In this document: piece after piece, positions 19,554-29,444 of the stretch
How positions within the stretch are numbered: the stretch's first letter is position 1
Layout of the letters: each line of letters starts with the position of its first letter
From: Candidatus Thorarchaeota archaeon
Lineage (GTDB): Archaea > Asgardarchaeota > Thorarchaeia > Thorarchaeales > Thorarchaeaceae
DNA length: 64,000 nt
Direction of reading: 5' to 3'
Assembly (NCBI GenBank): GCA_048882485.1
Contig: JBHLRP010000005.1
Location: 2,601-66,600, forward strand
Made by a program: the position numbers and the translations under genes
The notes under the pieces: model-generated
What the model saw: the letters and a program-made list of their open reading frames with translations, nothing else
The model's database searches: none
What the model was told of the DNA's origin: nothing

Positions 19554-20924
19554 CTACTGAACAGGTGTCTGGCTAGGCTGAGCTTCTTGCTTTAATGCTT
19601 CGAAGTCGGGGTCGATATTGGTAGACCTCAGAATCCATGCAGCGACTAACAGGAATGGAGCGAAAACTGGTCCCCACCACAAGTACCCCATAAGCTCTAC
19701 TCCAGTTGTAATGACTGAATATTCCATGAAGAAGCCCAATAAGGTGACGGCTGCTGCTTGAAACACATTCAATGGCACACTCTTGAATCCCTCATAGATG
19801 CCAGCTCTTCCCATGCCTGTTTTAAGCTGATCAACGTGAGCAATGTCAGCTGGAACTATGTAGGACATTAGGTAGTACACTGCCATGCATGCTGCCAATG
19901 GGATGAAGTAGAAGAGTGCAACAACTACATTTGAAACTGCCCCAGCTAATATGCCAAGCACTGGGGTCAACGCTAGCAGGAAAGCAAGAATGATTAATGC
20001 ATACATCAGCAAACGTCCCTTCCCCGTTTTTCCGAGAATTCGTGTCCAAATATAGAGAAATGTAATCACTGAGATCAATAGACCAATTGCCGGGGGAAGA
20101 AGTGTATCCCAGGTAGTTAGCATCAAAACACTCTGCGCATACCCAACAATCTGAGTTGTAATTGCAGTGAGGCTGAAAGATAGGAAGCCTACTATGATAA
20201 ACCATCGAACGTACACATTATTCTGCAGCACTGTCCTAGTTTCTTCGGATAGACTGCGCCTTGTTGGAATTAAGCCAGGTTTTTCGCGGACCACGGCAAT
20301 AGATGGAAGATAGAAAAGAACCGTGATAACTGCAACCATCAGGATGAGCATGAACCCCATCGAACTCAAACCTGGTGGAGCTGGAGCTGGAGCAAAGAGC
20401 AGCGGAGTCACGAATCCTAAAACAACTCCTAGGCCATTTGCTACCCAGTTTGCGGTGTTCTGCATGCTTGACACCAGAGGACGCTCGTCTTCTTCAGTGA
20501 TCTCGGGCATCCAGGACTGGAATGGAGTCAGAAGGAATCCATAGAAGAACCTGAACGTGCAGACGAAGAAGAGGTAGTAACCGAAGACAATCAGCTCCAG
20601 GGATGGATCTGCAACATTGATGAACCAGTTGGGCACAAAAAGCAGGAACCCTGTCAGTGTCAGAGCTGGAGCCCCTATTGCTACAAATGGCTTTCTTCGC
20701 CCCCAACGGGTTTCAGTCTGGTCGCTATAGTAGCCAACAAGCCATTGAGTAAGACCGATAACAATGTATGACACAGCTATCGCAACTCCATTGAGAAGCC
20801 AGTTCAACTCAAATACAGTCCCATAGATCCAGAACGATGTAAGACTGGTCAAAGTAAGGAAAAACGATGAGCCAAATCGTCCCATTCCATAGGCGACTTT
20901 CTTGTAAAACGGCAGCATTTCCAC
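19554..20924 (-). CDS. MFS transporter, GPH (MelB-like) family
   Basis: GYYSD..TRWGRRKPF motif, about 12 TM segments, RAGIYEG; GGAGG SD before GTG 20924. Confidence 0.88.
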   Translation of the reverse strand: MEMLPFYKKVAYGMGRFGSSFFLTLTSLTSFWIYGTVFELNWLLNGVAIAVSYIVIGLTQWLVGYYSDQTETRWGRRKPFVAIGAPALTLTGFLLFVPNWFINVADPSLELIVFGYYLFFVCTFRFFYGFLLTPFQSWMPEITEEDERPLVSSMQNTANWVANGLGVVLGFVTPLLFAPAPAPPGLSSMGFMLILMVAVITVLFYLPSIAVVREKPGLIPTRRSLSEETRTVLQNNVYVRWFIIVGFLSFSLTAITTQIVGYAQSVLMLTTWDTLLPPAIGLLISVITFLYIWTRILGKTGKGRLLMYALIILAFLLALTPVLGILAGAVSNVVVALFYFIPLAACMAVYYLMSYIVPADIAHVDQLKTGMGRAGIYEGFKSVPLNVFQAAAVTLLGFFMEYSVITTGVELMGYLWWGPVFAPFLLVAAWILRSTNIDPDFEALKQEAQPSQTPVQ

Positions 20925-21020
20925 ATTTCCTCCTTCAATACTCGAGGACACTGCCTGAGGGAGCGGCACCTTAAATCTCTTCAAGTTCCAAATGTATTCA
21001 AACGACAATGAGGGAGCATT

Positions 21021-21440
21021 TTGGCAATTAGGGTTAATGACAATATAGAGCTATCAAAGAAACTCACCGGACAAAGCGTTGAGGCACTCATGGGGAGATT
21101 GACCGCACGCTATCAAACTGTCTATTCTCGTGTTTGGGAAAACGACGGCTTCAAGATTGAATACTATGTTGGGTATAAACAACAGTATCAAACATTCATA
21201 CCTGTTGTCATAACAATTGAGAAAGGCCCCTCAGATGGTGAATGCAACTTCAGGTTCTTCGGGCCAAGGTGGGATGTAGAACCAGTAGAACGGGAGATTG
21301 AAATGGCTAAGCATCCAGAGAACTGGGGCACCTGTTACTTTTGCGGTGCCAGCTATTACTACTATCAATTGAAGATTTCTGAAGGACGAAGAGTGATATG
21401 CCAGAATTGCTCCAAAGAATTCAAGCTTGATTCTGACTGA
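21021..21440 (+). CDS. Hypothetical protein with C-terminal Zn ribbon
   Basis: CYFC...CQNC motifs; GAGGGAG SD before TTG. Confidence 0.7.
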   Translation: MAIRVNDNIELSKKLTGQSVEALMGRLTARYQTVYSRVWENDGFKIEYYVGYKQQYQTFIPVVITIEKGPSDGECNFRFFGPRWDVEPVEREIEMAKHPENWGTCYFCGASYYYYQLKISEGRRVICQNCSKEFKLDSD

Positions 21441-21451
21441 TTCTCATGCAT

Positions 21452-24307
21452 TTATGTCCTAGCATCTTGATCTTGATACTTCTTCGGATCTGCATCAAAT
21501 GTCTGCTTGCAATTAGGCGAGCAGAAATAATATCGCTTCCCATCAAAGTCGCTGAATAGCTCAGCTGTGGCCACATCCACATCCATTTTGCAGATAGGGT
21601 CAACTGCGACCTTTGGAATCTCTTCTTCCATAGCCGTCAGCTCCTCATACTCCGCAGGGTTCCCTTCAAATGTATCCTTGCAGTATTGGTTGCAGAAGTA
21701 ATACCTCTTGCCTTTATAGTCGCTGAATAGGTCTGCTGTAGCTATCTCCACCTTCATCTTGCAGATCGGGTCGACAGCAACATCGCCTTCCTGATAGGCG
21801 GCGGGAGGTGCACTTGCAATCGGATGCGCTGCGCGCTCAGGCTTGAAACGGTTCAGTGTCAATGCATTGGTGACCACACTGACACTTGATAATGCCATTG
21901 CAAGACCTGCAATCTCTGGACGCAACACTAGGTTTGCTGATGGATACAACAGTCCGGCAGCAAGTGGAAGTAGGGCTATATTATAGATTAATGCCCAGAA
22001 GAATCCCTGCCTTATCTTGGACATTGTTTTTCCGCCCAGCTGGATTCCAGTGACCACGTCGAGTAAATTATCCTTAACAAGAACGATATCACCAGTTTCA
22101 ACTGATACGTCAGTTCCAGACCCCAAAGCGATGCCGACATCGGCTTGAGCAAGCGCAACTGCATCATTGACACCATCACCTGCCATTGCCACAGTCAATC
22201 CACCGCGCTGCAGTTCCTTGACTTTCTCAGCTTTATCAGCTGGCAAAACCTCTGCAAGCACTTTGTCAATTCCAACGGTTTCTGCTATTGCTAGTGCAGT
22301 TGCTTCTTTATCGCCCGTAATCATCCACACTTCTATGCCCATTCTCTTCAAGCTCTCAACTGCTTGGATGGAAGTGTCTTTGAGCTTGTCAGCTATGGCT
22401 ATGAGTGCAAGCATATCGCCTTCAATTGCGGCAAAGATAGTAGTCTTTCCTTTCTCCTGTAGCATTTGTCCTTGGGCTTCAGCATCTGCAATCTCCACGG
22501 AATTCTCTCTCATGAACTTATCATTGCCCACAAGAACCAACTGTCCTTCTACCAATGCCTGGACTCCTCTTCCAGTCGTTGAAGCGAAATCAGACGCATT
22601 TGGGATGTTGATTCCACGTTCTTCGGTGTATTTTACTACTGCTTCGGCTAGAGGATGTTCGCTGTTCTTTTCCACTGATGAGATGATTCGTAGAGCTTCT
22701 GCGTCACTGTAATCTCCGTATGTGTACAAATCTGTTACCGTGGGCCTTCCGATCGTGAGAGTACCCGTCTTGTCGAATACTATTGCGTCAACAGTTGGAA
22801 TGACTTCAAGGCCTTCTCCAGCTTTTATCAGAATACCATGCTGCGCTCCTTTTCCTATGCCGACCATTATTGCTGTTGGAGTAGCCAGCCCCAAAGCACA
22901 CGGGCAGGCTGCTACAAGTACAGCAATACTGAAAGTCAGGGCTTGTGTCCATTCAACAGGACGGCGCGAAAATGGGTCAGTAATATTCAGAATTGGGGAA
23001 ATATACAGCCAGAATATGAAAGTTGAAAGGGCTAATACAATGACAACAGGCGTGAACTTGCTCGCTATTGCGTCGGCTTTACGCTGTATGGGCGGCTTAT
23101 TTGTTTGGGCCTCTTCGACAAGCTTGACAATCTGAGACAAGACCGTGTCCATTCCAACTTTTGTTGCTTTGACTCGAAGAACACCATTCTTATTGATAGT
23201 TGCACCAACTACTGGATCGCCTACTTTCTTCTTGACTGGTTCTGGCTCTCCTGTTATCATTGACTCGTCAACACTCGACTGACCATCGATGACTTCGCCA
23301 TCTACTGGGACTTTATCCCCGGGCTTTATGAGGACAATATCTCCGACTTCAACATCCTCAATAGGAAGTAGCATTTCCTCACCATCTCGTATAATTGTGG
23401 CGACCTTAGCCTGCAGATCCATCAAACTTCGCATTGCTTTTGATGTGCGTCCTTTTGCAATTGCTTCGAGTGTTCGACCAAGTAGGATGAAGCTCAGAAG
23501 AAGAACTGCTGAATCATAGAATGGCATGTAGACATTCCATTGTGGTAAGAAGGTAGTTGCCACCGAGTAGAAGTAAGCGGCGCTTGTGCCCAGCATTATG
23601 AGCGTATCCATATTCGTGGTAAAATGGCGTGCCGCCTTGAGAGCTGACCTGTAGAATGGGTAGCCTGCAATGAATTGAACTGGCGTGGCAAGAAGGAACA
23701 TGAGATATCTCCTCAGCTCTTCAGATGGAAACAATGATGTTAGCGTGCCCAAATGGATGAGCAGTACGGGGATTGTCAACAAAACTGAGAATGCAAGTAG
23801 ACGGGAGTAATACTGGATTTCTTTCTCTCTAGCTAGGGATTCTCGATCTGCTTCAATTCCTGCAGCCTCCTCGATTTCAACTCCAATGCCCTTCAGTGTT
23901 TTTCTTACAATCTTGTAGGTCAATTGGTCATCATCATATTCAATCAAAATGCGTCTGGTGTCCATGAATTGGCGAGCAGAAATAACCCCCTCTAATTGCT
24001 CCAAGGTTTCCATGATTCTATTCCAATCTAGAGAAGAAGAGGCCTCGTTGAGAGTGATGGACATTGTTGGCCGTCGTGCACGATAACCTGTGGACTCTAC
24101 AGCCTTCTCCAAAGCACTTCTATCCACAACGCTTGATTCGTATTCAACAACAGCCTTTTCATCAAGCAAGCTAACGCTGGCTTTGATTACACCGTCTTGA
24201 TTTGTCAAAGCGCCCTCAATTTTGGCTACACATGAAGCGCAATGCATTCCTTCGATGCGCATGGACATTCTTGACGCCCTTGCTTCGGTTTCAGCTTTCT
24301 GAGCCAT
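21452..24307 (-). CDS. copA: Cu+-translocating P1B-1 ATPase with N-terminal HMA and two C-terminal YHS domains
   Basis: [40 protein letters not shown]; two DPICKM...YYFCxxxC repeats. Confidence 0.95.
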   Translation of the reverse strand: MAQKAETEARASRMSMRIEGMHCASCVAKIEGALTNQDGVIKASVSLLDEKAVVEYESSVVDRSALEKAVESTGYRARRPTMSITLNEASSSLDWNRIMETLEQLEGVISARQFMDTRRILIEYDDDQLTYKIVRKTLKGIGVEIEEAAGIEADRESLAREKEIQYYSRLLAFSVLLTIPVLLIHLGTLTSLFPSEELRRYLMFLLATPVQFIAGYPFYRSALKAARHFTTNMDTLIMLGTSAAYFYSVATTFLPQWNVYMPFYDSAVLLLSFILLGRTLEAIAKGRTSKAMRSLMDLQAKVATIIRDGEEMLLPIEDVEVGDIVLIKPGDKVPVDGEVIDGQSSVDESMITGEPEPVKKKVGDPVVGATINKNGVLRVKATKVGMDTVLSQIVKLVEEAQTNKPPIQRKADAIASKFTPVVIVLALSTFIFWLYISPILNITDPFSRRPVEWTQALTFSIAVLVAACPCALGLATPTAIMVGIGKGAQHGILIKAGEGLEVIPTVDAIVFDKTGTLTIGRPTVTDLYTYGDYSDAEALRIISSVEKNSEHPLAEAVVKYTEERGINIPNASDFASTTGRGVQALVEGQLVLVGNDKFMRENSVEIADAEAQGQMLQEKGKTTIFAAIEGDMLALIAIADKLKDTSIQAVESLKRMGIEVWMITGDKEATALAIAETVGIDKVLAEVLPADKAEKVKELQRGGLTVAMAGDGVNDAVALAQADVGIALGSGTDVSVETGDIVLVKDNLLDVVTGIQLGGKTMSKIRQGFFWALIYNIALLPLAAGLLYPSANLVLRPEIAGLAMALSSVSVVTNALTLNRFKPERAAHPIASAPPAAYQEGDVAVDPICKMKVEIATADLFSDYKGKRYYFCNQYCKDTFEGNPAEYEELTAMEEEIPKVAVDPICKMDVDVATAELFSDFDGKRYYFCSPNCKQTFDADPKKYQDQDART

Positions 24308-24337
24308 CTATCTTCACCTTGGTATCATGCTATCCTA

Positions 24338-24367
24338 ATATCGAATCCGATATATCGTGTACGATAT
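24338..24367. promoter_or_regulatory. Operator ATATC-N6-GATATATC-N6-GATAT next to the copA TATA-like box
   Basis: atatc gaatcc gatatatc gtgtac gatat; TTTATATA on the minus strand overlaps its distal end. Confidence 0.75.
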
Positions 24368-24415
24368 ATAAATATTTGGTTCCGCCTACTTCTGATACTG
24401 GCCTGTTGTCACAGG

Positions 24416-24898
24416 CTATAGACTCTGTTTGAAGGCCTTCGCGCAATGAATACAGCAAAAAACAAGATTAGTACCATCCACTATTTCATGATGGCTACCT
24501 TCATAGATCCGGGCACCACAGCTTGCGCATATTTCAAGACTGGATCCAAGCGCAGAAGCAGTGATTGCCGCAAAGCGTTTGAAAAGACGTTCACTAAATC
24601 TCCTGCCCTTACTTGTCAATGAATATACGATCTTCCTCTTCTTTCCTATGTCTTCTTGCTTCTGGGTGACCAGCTTCTTTGCTTCAAGCTCCTGTAAGAA
24701 TGGGTAGAGAGTTCCTGGACTCAATTTGTTTCCGGTTCGTTTCTCAAAACCCTTCATGAGACCATAACCATGTAATGGCTTCTCGCTCAACATCAGCAAT
24801 ACATAGAAATGTGCGAAATCAGCTAGCATTTCCTGAATATCTGAATCAGGCTTTTTCAAATCTTGAATTGCGTCTTCCTTTGTCATTTTTGGTTTCAT
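24416..24898 (-). CDS. PadR family regulator with C-terminal TRASH-like metal-binding domain
   Basis: PLHGYGLM, SPGTLYPFL, RKIVYSLT.KG; C-terminal CASC...FCCIHC. Confidence 0.9.
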   Translation of the reverse strand: MKPKMTKEDAIQDLKKPDSDIQEMLADFAHFYVLLMLSEKPLHGYGLMKGFEKRTGNKLSPGTLYPFLQELEAKKLVTQKQEDIGKKRKIVYSLTSKGRRFSERLFKRFAAITASALGSSLEICASCGARIYEGSHHEIVDGTNLVFCCIHCAKAFKQSL

Positions 24899-25078
24899 CC
24901 TATTAGAGCTCGAATGCCACTAGCAACACAAGCAATGAATTGCAATGTATTTTCCTGTAACATGTAGCCCATTCCATATAGCTAATTCCTATAACAGTTG
25001 CCTTTGTGTCAGGTTCATCCCCCGCCGCTTTGAGCGGGGCCTGTACTATGTGGAAGTATGACGAGAAGAATTATAAAT

Positions 25079-25108
25079 ATATCGTATGGGATATATCCAC
25101 ATGGATAA
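25079..25108. promoter_or_regulatory. GATATATC-centred operator copy upstream of padR
   Basis: atatc gtatgg gatatatc cacatg gataa, adjacent to TTATAAAT. Confidence 0.7.
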
Positions 25109-25287
25109 GTGGGCCCTTTTCGGCATTTGCTGTTAATAGGTGCGGGCGAACATCCTTCAAATATGATCTCTTATTTGATGGAAATAAAAACTAACCACAT
25201 CCCGGAGACCCCGTAAAATCTCAGCTAAATCCGATGATGTATCTCGATCATGAGAGGTCATGATGGAGCGCAAGAGAAAACGTTTAT

Positions 25288-25317
25288 ATATCGTATACGA
25301 TATATCCAAGTGGATAT
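25288..25317. promoter_or_regulatory. GATATATC-centred operator overlapping the TATA-like box of the YHS-lon unit
   Basis: (ttt)atatatc gtatac gatatatc caagtg gatat. Confidence 0.75.
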
Positions 25318-25344
25318 TATTATGTCCGATACATCTGAGTAGAA

Positions 25345-25527
25345 TTGCATATGACAGAGGTACAAGAAATGGCTCGAGATCCCATATGTGGTATGACAGT
25401 AGACGAGAACACTGCCAAGTTGAAGACAGTTCACAAAGGAGAAACTTACTACTTCTGTATGATGAGTTGCAAGAAGGCTTTCGACAGCGATCCAGATCGC
25501 TTTGCCATGGAAGCTGGCAATAGATGA
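25345..25527 (+). CDS. YHS domain metallochaperone-like protein
   Basis: DPICGM...HKGETYYFCMMSCKKAFDSDP; likely start at MARDP after the GAGGT SD. Confidence 0.9.
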   Translation: MHMTEVQEMARDPICGMTVDENTAKLKTVHKGETYYFCMMSCKKAFDSDPDRFAMEAGNR

Positions 25528-25545
25528 TTCAAAGGAGCGGGTCCA

Positions 25546-27966
25546 ATGAAGAAACTGTCCTCCGAAGAAATTCGAGTACAATGTGAGGAAAGAGCGTTTG
25601 CATGCAAGACCAGCGCTGAGCTTTTTCCACTAGACAACATTGTAGGGCAAAATCGCGCTCTTGAAGCCCTAAGATTCGGACTAATGATAGAAGACAAAGG
25701 GTTCAATGTCTATGTGGCGGGAATTCCTGGAACTGGCCGCACCACAGCAGTATTGAGATTCGTGAGCCAACTTGCTGCAAAGAAACATGCCGCTTCTGAT
25801 TGGTGTTTTGTGACAAATTTCGAGGATCAATATCACCCCAGAGCACTTGAATTGCCTGCTGGTAGGGGCTGGCAACTAGCTATGCATATGGAGAGTTTTA
25901 TTGATATGACTCAGGTGACTCTTGCTCAGATGCTAGAAAGTGAGGAGTATATCACACAAAGGAACCATCTCTATCAAACCTATAGGGGCAGGCAACAACA
26001 GATTGGTAATAGAATGGAGGAGGAAGCATTGCTTGCAGGATTTGTCCTGCAGCGTTCCAAGACTGGACTTGTAATCCTTCCGGTGGTAAATGACACGCCA
26101 CTCACAGAAGAGATGCTCGAAAATTTACCGGAGAAAGCAAGGACTGAGATTGAGGGTCGCCGTAATGCATTGGAAAAAGAGATGAGGACGCTCTTCCGTA
26201 AAATGCGTGGTCTTGAGCAAGACCTTCATGAAGCCCTTCAGAAGATGGAGCGAGAAGCAGTTCAATTCGTTCTCTCCCCACTCATCGATGACGTTGAAGA
26301 GAAGTTCAGAGACCTACCTAAGGTTTCACAGTGGATTCGCGATGTGGCAGAAGACATTACAGATAATCTTCATATCTTTATAGGACTCACAGAGGCGGAT
26401 CCTGTAGATGACACGAATGTTGCGCAAACACGATCGATTTCATCTGACGAATTCTCTCAGAGATATCATGTGAATCTTATCGCAGACAACGTGGGTGCCG
26501 ATGGCGCTCCAGTCGTGATCCTCGCTAATCCGTCTTACTCCAATCTTTTTGGCACCATCGAAAAGGAACCGCGATATGGCGGGCTCAAAACAGACTTTAC
26601 CATGATACGCCCTGGGGCTCTCCAGAAGGCTAATGGCGGATATCTCATCATACCAGCAAGGGAGCTCTTGTCCACACCGAATGTGTACCATGCTTTGAAA
26701 CGGGCTTTGGAACATGGGGAAATAGTAATTGACGACCCTCCAGTAGCTGGCGGCCTCTTTATGGCTAAAAGCCTTCGCCCGGAACCGATTCCGCTTGAGG
26801 TCAAAGTTGTACTGATTGGAGAGGATGCCATTTATCGTGAGCTCTACGATAAAGACCCTGAATTTCGCCAGCTTTTCAAGGTTAAGGCTGAGTTTGATAC
26901 AACCATGGCGCGTACTCCCGAGAATGTCAACATATTCGGGTCATTCATCTGCATGATTCATAAGAAAGAAGGTGTCAGATCTCTTCGAGTGGATTCCATA
27001 GCTGAAATCATCGATTACAGTTCTCGTCTCGCGGAAAACCAAAAGGAGCTTTCAATCAGGTTTGATATCATCTCGGATATTATACGTGAAGCCAACTTTT
27101 ACGCTGGCGAGGATGGTAGCGTGACGATTGAAAGGGAACACATCAAGCGTACTCTAGAACAGCGAGTTTATAGACTGGACCTTTATGCTGACAGGCTCCG
27201 TAGATTGGTCGAGAACGACATCATTCTTCTGGATCTTGAAGGGGAAGCAGTTGGCCAAGTCAATGGACTTTCAATAGCTACTGTAGCAGGCTACTCCTTT
27301 GGCCAGGTTTCAAGAATCACTGCTAGTGCTAGTCCGGGGTATGGCCGTGTTTTGGATATAGAGCGGGAATCCAATCTTGCAGGGCCCATTCATACAAAGG
27401 GAGTTCTCATTCTGGGCGGGTACCTCGCTAACAAATATGGTGAAGAAAAGCCAATCAGTCTTTCCGCACGAATAGTGTTTGAACAGAGCTATGGCGCGAT
27501 AGATGGTGACAGTGCGAGTACTGCAGAGCTATATGCTATCCTTTCAGCGCTTTCTGGCATTCCTGTGCAGCAACGATTTGCTGTGACTGGTTCCGTCAAT
27601 CAACATGGAACAGTCCAAGCTGTTGGCGGAATAAATGAGAAGATAGAAGGATTCTTCCAACTATGCAAAGTCAAAGGTTTGACTGGTCACCAAGGGATCT
27701 TGATACCAAAAGCCAATATACAGAACTTGATGCTTGGGGATGACGTTGTGGGAGCTGTCCGCGCTGGTTCATTTCACATCTACGCAATTGAAACAGTGGA
27801 TGAAGGTATTGAGCTAGTAACGGGGGTGCCAGCAGGTGTTCGTCAGGATAACGGCAAATTCCCTCCGGAAACAATCAATGGGTTAGTGGATGCAAATCTG
27901 TCGCGAATGACGAAAATCATGGAGAAATATCTCTCCTCGATCGCCAATCACGAGACATATCCGTGA
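25546..27966 (+). CDS. LonC-type (AAA_32 + Lon_C) protease
   Basis: GQNRAL, degenerate Walker A GIPGTGRT, KANGGYL, VGQVNGL, catalytic DGDSAS and GGINEKIEGF. Confidence 0.9.
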   Translation: MKKLSSEEIRVQCEERAFACKTSAELFPLDNIVGQNRALEALRFGLMIEDKGFNVYVAGIPGTGRTTAVLRFVSQLAAKKHAASDWCFVTNFEDQYHPRALELPAGRGWQLAMHMESFIDMTQVTLAQMLESEEYITQRNHLYQTYRGRQQQIGNRMEEEALLAGFVLQRSKTGLVILPVVNDTPLTEEMLENLPEKARTEIEGRRNALEKEMRTLFRKMRGLEQDLHEALQKMEREAVQFVLSPLIDDVEEKFRDLPKVSQWIRDVAEDITDNLHIFIGLTEADPVDDTNVAQTRSISSDEFSQRYHVNLIADNVGADGAPVVILANPSYSNLFGTIEKEPRYGGLKTDFTMIRPGALQKANGGYLIIPARELLSTPNVYHALKRALEHGEIVIDDPPVAGGLFMAKSLRPEPIPLEVKVVLIGEDAIYRELYDKDPEFRQLFKVKAEFDTTMARTPENVNIFGSFICMIHKKEGVRSLRVDSIAEIIDYSSRLAENQKELSIRFDIISDIIREANFYAGEDGSVTIEREHIKRTLEQRVYRLDLYADRLRRLVENDIILLDLEGEAVGQVNGLSIATVAGYSFGQVSRITASASPGYGRVLDIERESNLAGPIHTKGVLILGGYLANKYGEEKPISLSARIVFEQSYGAIDGDSASTAELYAILSALSGIPVQQRFAVTGSVNQHGTVQAVGGINEKIEGFFQLCKVKGLTGHQGILIPKANIQNLMLGDDVVGAVRAGSFHIYAIETVDEGIELVTGVPAGVRQDNGKFPPETINGLVDANLSRMTKIMEKYLSSIANHETYP

Positions 27967-28037
27967 ATTGAGTCTGATATTGAAATATTGTCTAGGAGAT
28001 CCAATTATGGAGAAATGAAAACCAATTTCGCTATGGG

Positions 28038-28295
28038 CTATCTCAGGAAGTACTTTGATTGCCTCATATCTTGAAGGCAAGGAACTCGACAAATCAGATC
28101 TTGACTCTGGAGTATTCTTAGGCCATATCTGACTGTTCTAGGAGCTAATGAAACCTTGTCATGAATCTCCTTAGGAGTGGCTCCCCTGGCGCCGCTATCT
28201 CATAGGATTTCTAGAATTCGCTGCTGACTCTTAGTGAGCTTGGCTTTGCCCGAATCGCCGAACTCGCTATCCAGTGCTCCTAGACTCACCTTCAT
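28038..28295 (-). pseudogene. Small archaeal MarR-like wHTH regulator interrupted by in-frame TGA (28200-28202)
   Basis: Read-through translation ...LTKSQQRILEIL*DSGARGATPKEIHDKVSLAPRTVRYGLRILQSQDLICRVPCLQDMRQSKYFLR* gives a complete wHTH. Confidence 0.75.
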
Positions 28296-28334
28296 CACTT
28301 TCCATTCTGGGCTGAGGCATTTGCCATTAGAAAT

Positions 28335-28482
28335 ATTCCTTACCAGATATATCGCTATTGATGCATTATTGATATAAATTATCCGGGCCCCAGAAGATTT
28401 TCTATCCAATCGGATATATCTTATTGGATATATTTATAAGAATTGATATCATAATACGACATGGATATATCTGTGTGGATAT
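28335..28482. promoter_or_regulatory. Divergent promoter region with three GATATATC operator copies
   Basis: GATATATC at 28346, 28413 and 28464; TTTATAA between the last two. Confidence 0.7.
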
Positions 28483-28520
28483 ATACATGCGTGCATGTCC
28501 CATGTGGAGATTTGCTATAA

Positions 28521-29414
28521 ATGAGGAAGCAAAACACCATCAATATCGATTTGGATGGGATGAGCAAACCAATATTATTCAGAGAAATGGAGCCGCCCAT
28601 AAATCCTCGAAGAATTCCATCAATAGCGGCAGAATCCAAGGAATTCATTTTTTCGGATAATGTGATCGAGTTTCTGGAGGCTCACACTGTCATGTTAGAA
28701 TTTGATTACATTGGCTATGAAGTGAGAACTGTTGATTACATCAGTGGTGTTTTCCTGATGATAAATCCAGATCCCCGAAATCTAGCACATGTGCCTGAGA
28801 ACAGTCTAGTAATTAGTCACCATAAAATATCGACACATAACAATCGCATTTATGCAGAGATGCTTGACCTAGCAAAGAGAACTGGTTTCAACATCTACAA
28901 CTTCCATCTTGCTTGGGATATTATGGAAGGTGGTATTAGAGATTCATTTCTATCCAACTTCGGTCTGACAACGCATGAATATGAGAATATTGATCTCACA
29001 TACCGTAGTGTTCTAATTCCACAGCTTGGAGCGATATTCAAACGAAGAATGTCAATAGAAGAAATCACTACTAAACTGATCTTGATGAATGTTCGTCCGA
29101 CAGTCATCATAAATCCTCAATGTAAAACATCCACTATTGGCTATATTCCTGGGGGAGGATTCGTTGACAATATGGTGATTGAAATGGCTGATTATGGGGT
29201 TGATGTTCTCATCTCATCTGACCATAACTGGGTAGTTGAAACAGTTGCCAGGGAGCTTGGAATGACTCTGATTGAGATTGACCATTATCAAAGCGAGCGT
29301 CACGGTCTAACCACGATGAAGACGCTCCTTGAGAGTTCCTTTCCGAAAACTCCTATCAATATTCTTGAAAACATGCATGGCATGCAGCATGCATCATGTG
29401 ATTGCGAATTCTGA
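28521..29414 (+). CDS. NIF3/DUF34 family dinuclear-metal protein
   Basis: VISHH, YNFHLAWD, PGGG, SSD, IDHYQSE ligand motifs. Confidence 0.8.
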   Translation: MRKQNTINIDLDGMSKPILFREMEPPINPRRIPSIAAESKEFIFSDNVIEFLEAHTVMLEFDYIGYEVRTVDYISGVFLMINPDPRNLAHVPENSLVISHHKISTHNNRIYAEMLDLAKRTGFNIYNFHLAWDIMEGGIRDSFLSNFGLTTHEYENIDLTYRSVLIPQLGAIFKRRMSIEEITTKLILMNVRPTVIINPQCKTSTIGYIPGGGFVDNMVIEMADYGVDVLISSDHNWVVETVARELGMTLIEIDHYQSERHGLTTMKTLLESSFPKTPINILENMHGMQHASCDCEF

Positions 29415-29444
29415 ATCATTATCCCATGGTTTTTACCACTTCTT

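Noticed and set aside
25006-25523. ORFs 25006..25194 and 25260..25523
   Set aside because: They run through operator/TATA sequence or overlap the real YHS gene in another frame
28200-28202. Selenocysteine codon
   Set aside because: Not a Cys-equivalent position, no redox motif and no SECIS-like stem seen; treated as a nonsense change
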